Of a stretch of DNA of 48,434 nucleotides, positions 41,720 through 48,434 are shown one piece after another; the stretch's first letter is position 1, and every line of letters starts with the position of its first letter. The position numbers and the translations under genes are program-made. A model generated the notes under the pieces. That model saw nothing but the letters and a program-made list of their open reading frames with translations. It was not told the DNA's origin and searched no databases. The stretch covers positions 1-48,434 of the forward strand of contig CACGGY010000001.1 of NCBI GenBank assembly GCA_902572675.1. Reading direction: 5' to 3'. The stretch comes from an uncultured Prochlorococcus sp. GTDB taxonomy: Bacteria > Cyanobacteriota > Cyanobacteriia > PCC-6307 > Cyanobiaceae.

Positions 41720-41939
41720 TTGAATATTATTTAAAAAAAATATTTATCTAATACATTAGTCGCTCGCCTCGCACATAAATCAATCACAGACTACTTTTGT
41801 TCAGGAAAATTAACTAAAATTTATTTAGTGAGAGCAAAAAAAGTTACAAAAATATTTTGCACAATCTTCATTTTTCACAAATTTACGTCATTAAGAGATA
41901 GTATCTTTTAGTTAAGTATTTATTTTAAGGAGAGCATCT

Positions 41940-43592
41940 TTGAAAATAATTAATGGATTTCATCTGAAAAATGTAAGAGGAGATATTCTTGGAGGCATCA
42001 CAGCCGCAGTAGTGGCTTTACCTCTCGCTCTTGCTTTTGGTAATGCTGCGTTAGGTCCTGGCGGTGCAATTTATGGACTATACGGAGCAGTAGTAGTTGG
42101 TTTTTTAGCAGCATTATTCGGCGGAACACCTGCTCAAGTTAGTGGGCCTACCGGTCCAATGAGCGTGACGGTTGCAGGAGTAGTGGCAAGTTTAGCTGCT
42201 GCTGGGGTTCCAAAAGATCTGTCTGCTGGACAAATTCTTCCATTAGTAATGGCAGCAGTAGTTATTGGAGGCTTATTACAAATATTATTTGGAATTTTAA
42301 AACTAGGGAAATATATTACTCTCGTACCATATTCTGTAGTGTCAGGATTCATGTCTGGTATTGGTTTCATAATCATTGCACTTCAAATTGGGCCATTACT
42401 TGGAATTACCACTCAGGGAAAGGTAATAGATTCTTTAACAACTGTTTTTTCTAATTTCCAACCCAACCCTGCAGCTATTGGTATATCTGTAATGACATTA
42501 GGGATAGTATTTCTTACACCTAGAAAAATTAGTCAATGGGTACCTGCTCCTCTTTTAGCATTATTGATAGTAACTCCAATATCAATATTTATGTTTGGGG
42601 AAGGCGAATTAGTTAGAATTGGTGATATTCCAAGAGGAGTACCTTCCTTAAATATTCCGAGTTTTAATCAATATCTTCCAATTATTTTCCAAGCAGGCTT
42701 GGTACTGGCTGTGCTTGGAGCAATTGATTCTTTACTTACATCTTTAGTTGCAGACAATATTTCTCAAACTAAGCATAATTCTGACAGAGAGCTAATTGGA
42801 CAAGGAATAGGTAATGCAGTAGCTGGTCTTTTCACCGGATTACCTGGTGCAGGAGCAACAATGAGAACCGTTATAAACGTCAAATCTGGAGGTTCTACTC
42901 CTATTTCTGGAATGGTTCACTCAGTTGTTTTATTAATAGTATTAGTAGGGGCAGGACCATTAGCAGAGCAAATTCCTAACGCTTTACTTGCAGGTATTCT
43001 TATAAAAGTTGGTCTAGATATTATTGATTGGGGGTTCTTGAGAAGAGCTCACAAATTATCTCTTAAAACATCTGCGGTAATGTACGGCGTACTTCTAATG
43101 ACTGTTTTTTGGGATCTAATCTGGGCAGTATTAGTTGGTGTTTTCATAGCAAATATGCTCACTATTGATTCAATAACCGAGACTCAACTAGAAGGTATGG
43201 ATGAGGATAATCCTTTATCAAAAGATGATCAAGCTAAAAATGCATTACCTGCTGATGAAAAAGCTCTACTAGATAGATGTGCAGGAGAAGTAATGTTATT
43301 TAGACTCAAAGGACCACTTAGTTTTGGAGCGGCTAAAGGTATATCTGAGAGAATGATGCTAGTAAGAAACTACAAGGTTTTAATATTAGATATTACTGAT
43401 GTACCAAGACTTGGAGTGACGGCGACTCTCGCGATAGAGGATATGATGCAAGAAGCAAAAAATAATTCCAGAAAAGCATTTGTTGCTGGGGCAAATGAAA
43501 AAGTAAAAGATAGATTAGCTAAGTTTGGAGTTGAAGGAATCATTGAGACAAGAAAAGAAGCTTTAGAAACAGCTCTAAATGAAATAGCCTAA
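41940..43592 (+). CDS. bicA: SulP/SLC26 family anion transporter, BicA-like bicarbonate transporter (TTG start)
   Basis: 'GDILGGITAAVVALPLALAFG', 'SGPTGPM', 'GAGATMRT', C-terminal STAS domain; AAGGAG RBS; clustered with sbtA/sbtB. Confidence 0.88.
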   Translation: MKIINGFHLKNVRGDILGGITAAVVALPLALAFGNAALGPGGAIYGLYGAVVVGFLAALFGGTPAQVSGPTGPMSVTVAGVVASLAAAGVPKDLSAGQILPLVMAAVVIGGLLQILFGILKLGKYITLVPYSVVSGFMSGIGFIIIALQIGPLLGITTQGKVIDSLTTVFSNFQPNPAAIGISVMTLGIVFLTPRKISQWVPAPLLALLIVTPISIFMFGEGELVRIGDIPRGVPSLNIPSFNQYLPIIFQAGLVLAVLGAIDSLLTSLVADNISQTKHNSDRELIGQGIGNAVAGLFTGLPGAGATMRTVINVKSGGSTPISGMVHSVVLLIVLVGAGPLAEQIPNALLAGILIKVGLDIIDWGFLRRAHKLSLKTSAVMYGVLLMTVFWDLIWAVLVGVFIANMLTIDSITETQLEGMDEDNPLSKDDQAKNALPADEKALLDRCAGEVMLFRLKGPLSFGAAKGISERMMLVRNYKVLILDITDVPRLGVTATLAIEDMMQEAKNNSRKAFVAGANEKVKDRLAKFGVEGIIETRKEALETALNEIA

Positions 43593-43598
43593 TAATTT

Positions 43599-44597
43599 AT
43601 GGAAATAAATCCAATTCTGCAAAATGTATTAGCCCCGCCAGTTCTTTTCTTTTTAATTGGAGCAATATCAGTACTATTTAAATCTGATTTAGAAATACCA
43701 GCTCCATTGCCTAAACTCTTCTCCTTATATTTGCTCTTAGCCATTGGGTTTAAAGGAGGTATAGAGATACAGAAAAGTGGGTTTACAGATCAAGTATTGC
43801 CGACTTTAAGCGCTGCAATACTAATGTCACTATTAATACCTCTGATTGGATTTTTAATTTTAAGATTTAAGTTTGATGTCTTTAATTCCGCTGCAATAGC
43901 TGCAGCATACGGTTCAATTAGTGCTGTTACATTTATTTCCGCAGAAAGTTTTTTGGAAAGTCAAAAAATAGCTTTTGATGGGTTTATGGTTGGAGCCTTA
44001 GCTTTAATGGAGTCTCCTGCAATAATTGTTGGATTATTACTTGTGAAATTTGCAGCTCCCAAAAATAGGCCAAAATCAAGAAAAATGCATCTAAGCGCAA
44101 TATTACACGAATCATTTTTGAATGGATCAGTTTATTTATTGCTCTCAAGTTTAATTGTAGGATTTCTTACTGCTTCCAGTAATCCCTCAGGGATTGCAAA
44201 AATGGAGCCTTTTACTGGACAATTATTCTATGGAGCAGAATGCTTCTTCTTGTTAGATATGGGAATAGTCGCTGCTCAAAGATTGCCTAGACTGAAGAAT
44301 GCAGGTTCGTTTTTGATTGGCTTTGCTATTTTTATGCCGTTATTTAATGCATTTATTGGTGTTTTTGTTGCAAGATTTTTATCTTTAGGACCTGGCAACG
44401 CACTTTTATTTGTGGTTTTATGTGCAAGCGCATCTTATTTAGCAGTTCCTGCAGCGATGAGGATGACGGTACCAGAAGCCAAATCTAGTTATTATATTTC
44501 AACTACACTAGGTCTAACTTTCCCATTCAATATAGTTCTCGGCATTCCCATATATATGAGTTTAGTAAATACCATTATCCCACTTTCCCCTTCATAA
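43599..44597 (+). CDS. sbtA: Sodium-dependent bicarbonate transporter family permease (SbtA-like)
   Basis: 'SDLEIP', 'LLLAIGFKGG', 'YGSISAVTF', 'MESPA', 'ASASYLAVPAAMR', 'TFPFN'. Confidence 0.92.
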   Translation: MEINPILQNVLAPPVLFFLIGAISVLFKSDLEIPAPLPKLFSLYLLLAIGFKGGIEIQKSGFTDQVLPTLSAAILMSLLIPLIGFLILRFKFDVFNSAAIAAAYGSISAVTFISAESFLESQKIAFDGFMVGALALMESPAIIVGLLLVKFAAPKNRPKSRKMHLSAILHESFLNGSVYLLLSSLIVGFLTASSNPSGIAKMEPFTGQLFYGAECFFLLDMGIVAAQRLPRLKNAGSFLIGFAIFMPLFNAFIGVFVARFLSLGPGNALLFVVLCASASYLAVPAAMRMTVPEAKSSYYISTTLGLTFPFNIVLGIPIYMSLVNTIIPLSPS

Positions 44598-44599
44598 AA

Positions 44600-44881
44600 A
44601 TGAAAAGATTAGACCTAATATTTAGTGAAAGAGAGCTAGATGCAATCATTAAAACATTGGAAAAAGCTAATGTTCCAGGATATACAGTTATGAAACACGC
44701 CACAGGCAGAGGGCCTGAAAGAGTGGTTACTGAAGATATGGAATTTACAGGATTAGGAGCCAATGCTCATGTAATTGTTTTTTGTGAGCAAGAATTAATA
44801 GATAAAATGAGAGATAACATCAGGGACGATTTAAGCTACTACGGGGGAGTTGCTTATATTTCTGAGGCAACACCCCTTTAA
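44600..44881 (+). CDS. sbtB: PII-like regulator SbtB
   Basis: PII-like 'PGYTVMKHATGRG'; starts 2 nt after sbtA. Confidence 0.85.
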   Translation: MKRLDLIFSERELDAIIKTLEKANVPGYTVMKHATGRGPERVVTEDMEFTGLGANAHVIVFCEQELIDKMRDNIRDDLSYYGGVAYISEATPL

Positions 44882-44903
44882 ATTAAAGAAGCAATCTTTA
44901 TTT

Positions 44904-45860
44904 CTAAGAATGAATCCAATCTACTCTTATATTTTTTCGACTATTTAAGTATCTATCAATTGACATTGCAGCAATACATCCATCAGAAGCTGCAACTACG
45001 GCTTGCTTAAATGGTGTATTTCTTATATCTCCAATAGCCCATACTCCATCAGAGTTTGTAGACATAAAGTCATCAACAATAACCCCTCCATCTTCTTTTA
45101 AAGCAATTTGGTCCCCCAAAAAATCAGTAATCGGCTTTGAACCACTCATATAGACAAACACTCCATCTAAATTTAAATTGATAGGATTTTCTTCTTGTTT
45201 ATTTTTTACAACAACTCCATTCACACCCATATCATCGCCCAATATTTCCAATAATCTTGTTCTACTCCAATGTTTTATATTTGAATTGTCCATCAATTCC
45301 ATAGCTTCTTCATTATCTGATTTAGGATCACTTGATGTAATCCAATGCACAGTTGATGCAAATTTAGTTAGAACAGTTGCCTCTTCAATTGCCTCCTTGT
45401 TCACTCCAACAACGGCAACTTCCCTATTCTTATAAAAAGCCCCATCACACGTAGCACAATAACTTACTCCTTTGCCAAGAAAATCGGCTTCGCCCTTAAA
45501 TGATGCAGGCCTACCCATAGCTCCACTTGCAAGTACAAGTGCTTTAGCTTTGAAAGTGCCTTCGGGTGTATAAACCATTTTCCATTCACCACTAGCATCT
45601 ATTCCAAACACTTGTGCTCTTCTATAGTCTGTGCCATATTGCACAGCCTGTTCTCTCATTAGAGTAAGTAATTGCTCCCCACTTATATCAACCGGAACAC
45701 CTGGATAATTAGCTATTTGATGGGTTATTGCTAAGGCTCCAACAGATGGATTTTTATCTAAAATGACTGTCTTTAAGTTTGAACGAGATGTATAAAGTGC
45801 GCAAGTACATCCGGCAGGGCCTCCTCCGATAATAACTACATCTGACTCAATGATTTCCAA
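44904..45860 (-). CDS. trxB: Thioredoxin reductase family FAD-dependent oxidoreductase (TTG start)
   Basis: 'IIGGGPAG', 'NYPG', 'GVSYCATCDG', 'AIGD', 'QAVVAASDG'. Confidence 0.88.
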   Translation of the reverse strand: MEIIESDVVIIGGGPAGCTCALYTSRSNLKTVILDKNPSVGALAITHQIANYPGVPVDISGEQLLTLMREQAVQYGTDYRRAQVFGIDASGEWKMVYTPEGTFKAKALVLASGAMGRPASFKGEADFLGKGVSYCATCDGAFYKNREVAVVGVNKEAIEEATVLTKFASTVHWITSSDPKSDNEEAMELMDNSNIKHWSRTRLLEILGDDMGVNGVVVKNKQEENPINLNLDGVFVYMSGSKPITDFLGDQIALKEDGGVIVDDFMSTNSDGVWAIGDIRNTPFKQAVVAASDGCIAAMSIDRYLNSRKNIRVDWIHS

Positions 45861-46113
45861 TTTAGTAAAACTCCTTTTTAGTAGTTAATTAAATGAGCTC
45901 TTGGTTAGAAGATAGCTTTAATGAAATTCCTAACCTTGTTTATAGATATAAGTTAAAAGAAAAAAGAGAAAAAAGCATAATATAGAAACAAACTTACATA
46001 GGAAAAACATAAACAATTAATTATCCAAATGATCAGTTACGTGAAATGTTCTGTATTGATCTATTATTAGGTCATATCAAAAAATCATTTTTTGTAGAAA
46101 CATTATATTTTTC

Positions 46114-46431
46114 ATGACCAACTCTGACTACCTTTTAAAAGCTGCCATTAAGAAAGTAACCGAAAAAATTAACGAGATATTGGTTGAAAAAATTGAAGAA
46201 GCAACAAATATTGCTCAGGATGCTCCAGAAATTCTCAAAAAAGAATTTGATAGTTTGAAAGAATCCATAATCGAGGAAGCCTCAAGAATGGAAAAAGCCG
46301 AAAATGTTCAAGAAAATGAATCCACAAATACTTATCAAGATTCCAAAATAAAAAAAGCTTTAAATGAAATTGAAGGTATCAATCAGCAAATTGATCTCTT
46401 TAATAAAACTTTAGATAATCAAATTAGATGA
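46114..46431 (+). CDS. Hypothetical coiled-coil protein
   Basis: Helical, charged 105 aa; ATGA overlap with the ABC1 kinase gene. Confidence 0.75.
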   Translation: MTNSDYLLKAAIKKVTEKINEILVEKIEEATNIAQDAPEILKKEFDSLKESIIEEASRMEKAENVQENESTNTYQDSKIKKALNEIEGINQQIDLFNKTLDNQIR

Positions 46432-48095
46432 GTTATCACATTTTTTATTTTCGTTTAAAAAAATTGAAAAGGGCCTTTATTATTTGGATAACTCTGATTT
46501 CGCTTTTAATAAATTTGTGGATAGATAATCTTAGATTCACAATTTTCAATACTAATAGCAATGAAAAAAGTAGGGTTCAAATTAAAAGAGCTAGATGGTT
46601 TACAAATCAATTAATAAAGCTTGGTTCAGCATTTATAAAAATTGGACAATTATTATCAGCGAGACCTGACTTAATTCCTAATACCTGGATACAGGAATTG
46701 ACTAAATTGCAAGATCAAGTTCCTAATTTTTCATTTGAGCAAGTTGAAGAAACTATAAGAGAAGAACTTGGGTCGAAGTTTAATGAAATAGATGAAATAA
46801 TAGGTGATCCGGTTGGATCAGCATCACTAGCTCAGGTTCATAAGGCGACATTAAAAGATGGTAAGAAAGTTGCATTTAAAGTTCAAAGACCCAATTTAAA
46901 AGAATTATTTATTATTGATTTGGGCATAATGCAACAAATAGCAGGATTGTTGCAGAAAAATAAGAATTGGAGTCGAGGTAGAAACTGGGTTGAGATTGCC
47001 AAAGAGTGTAGGAAAGTTCTCATGAAGGAGCTTGATTTTAATTGTGAAGCACAATATGCAGCAAGATTTAGGCAGCAATTTCTTGATGATGAAAATGTTG
47101 AAGTTCCTGAAGTAATTTGGGATATGAGCAGTGAAAAGGTGCTTTGTTTAAGTTATCTGGAAGGAACAAAAATAAGCGATTTAGAAAAATTACAATCACA
47201 AGAAATTGATTTACCTAAAATTGCAGAAATAGGTGCCATCAGCTATTTAAAGCAATTAGTAAATTACGGTTTTTTTCATGCAGACCCTCATCCTGGAAAT
47301 CTAGCAGTTTCAATTGAAGGTAAATTGATTTTTTATGATTTTGGAATGATGGGCAATATCTCAAATAATTTACAAACAAGATTAGGGGGGATGGTTAAGG
47401 CTGCTGCTTTAAGAGATGCCTCATCGCTTGTTAGTCAATTACAACAAGCTGGGCTAATTTCAAAAGACATTGATGTAGGACCAGTCAGAAGATTAGTCAG
47501 ATTAATGCTTAAAGAAGCTTTAACCCCACCATTTAGTCCAAATATTATTGAAAAATTATCTGGAGATTTATACGAACTTGTTTATGAAACACCATTTCAA
47601 CTGCCAGTAGATTTAATCTTCGTGATGAGAGCTTTATCAACTTTTGAAGGAGTTGGCAGAATGCTTGACCCAGGGTTTAACCTTGTATCAGTTACCAAGC
47701 CTTATTTAATAGAACTTATGACTTCAAATAATCAAACTCCTAACGATTTAATTAACCAATTTGGAAGGCAAGTAGGTGAACTAGGATCGAAAGCTGTTGG
47801 TATTCCAAAAAGAATAGATGAAAGTTTAGAAAGATTAGAGCAGGGAGATTTACAACTGCAAATAAGAATGGGAGAGTCTGATAGGCAATTCAAAAAAATG
47901 TTCACTGCCCAAAAAACTTTAGGTCATTCAATTCTTATAGGAAGCTTATCAATTGCATCTGCTTTACTTGTAACCAATAAACAAAATAATTTTGCATTGT
48001 TGCCACTTTTTTTTGCACTGCCAATAAGTATTGATTGGATAAAATGCCAATTAAGTATGAGAAAAGGCTCCCGTTTAGAAAAACTTAAGCGCTAA
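46428..48095 (+). CDS. AarF/UbiB/ABC1 family atypical kinase
   Basis: 'FIKIGQLLSARPD', 'ASLAQVH', 'KVQRP', 'FFHADPHPGN', 'DFGM'. Confidence 0.95.
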   Translation: MSYHIFYFRLKKLKRAFIIWITLISLLINLWIDNLRFTIFNTNSNEKSRVQIKRARWFTNQLIKLGSAFIKIGQLLSARPDLIPNTWIQELTKLQDQVPNFSFEQVEETIREELGSKFNEIDEIIGDPVGSASLAQVHKATLKDGKKVAFKVQRPNLKELFIIDLGIMQQIAGLLQKNKNWSRGRNWVEIAKECRKVLMKELDFNCEAQYAARFRQQFLDDENVEVPEVIWDMSSEKVLCLSYLEGTKISDLEKLQSQEIDLPKIAEIGAISYLKQLVNYGFFHADPHPGNLAVSIEGKLIFYDFGMMGNISNNLQTRLGGMVKAAALRDASSLVSQLQQAGLISKDIDVGPVRRLVRLMLKEALTPPFSPNIIEKLSGDLYELVYETPFQLPVDLIFVMRALSTFEGVGRMLDPGFNLVSVTKPYLIELMTSNNQTPNDLINQFGRQVGELGSKAVGIPKRIDESLERLEQGDLQLQIRMGESDRQFKKMFTAQKTLGHSILIGSLSIASALLVTNKQNNFALLPLFFALPISIDWIKCQLSMRKGSRLEKLKR

Positions 48096-48099
48096 AAAA

Positions 48100-48434
<335 letters not shown>

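Noticed and set aside
41720-41939. Possible CcmR/CmpR (LysR) or RpaB sites upstream of bicA, including AAGAGATA-G-TATCTTT and a single GTTACA
   Set aside because: No convincing ATAG-N8-CTAT or correctly spaced HLR1 repeat; such matches are expected by chance at this AT content
183-45435. Numerous 60-110 aa ORFs antisense to or nested in core genes (e.g. 183-506, 5171-5395, 10815-11075, 26865-27125, 29193-30239, 32374-32691, 33285-33524, 42134-42376, 45178-45435)
   Set aside because: Shadow ORFs opposite or within well-supported conserved genes; no recognisable motifs
45861-46113. Possible sRNA or small ORF in the trxB/hypothetical divergent gap (GATCA...TGATC inverted repeat)
   Set aside because: No stable hairpin, terminator or credible ORF; probably just divergent promoters

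Overview
AT-rich, densely packed core-genome segment of a marine picocyanobacterium, most likely a high-light Prochlorococcus. The assignment is inferred from low GC, minimal intergenic space, a Q130 psbA, a CP12 with only the C-terminal Cys pair and a bicA-sbtA-sbtB cluster. Gene order: murJ (partial), tRNA-Arg, glyA, cinA, leuCD, lptD-like, psbI/N/H, pth, ntcA, cobO-like-dcd-thyX, txlA, glmM, trmB, ileS, ycf66, tRNA-Leu, crtR, gatC, mpg, pyrB, coaBC, psbO, sat, ftsH, eda-like, aroC, psbA, aspartoacylase, GST, cp12, obgE, mutS2, hemB, bicA-sbtA-sbtB, trxB, ABC1 kinase, eno (partial). I saw no mobile element, CRISPR array, prophage or defence island, and I cannot honestly claim a wholly new system. 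The most interesting signals are not in the ORF track: (1) tandem NrdR-like boxes 31 bp apart in front of an operon joining a P-loop-degenerate CobO-like protein to dcd and thyX, back-to-back with the NtcA-autoregulated ntcA promoter; (2) two near-adjacent genes (crtR, mpg) whose conserved N-termini have no ATG/GTG/TTG start; (3) a 42-aa ORF with a ribosome-binding site divergent from psbA; (4) psbI and psbN, missed because they are short.
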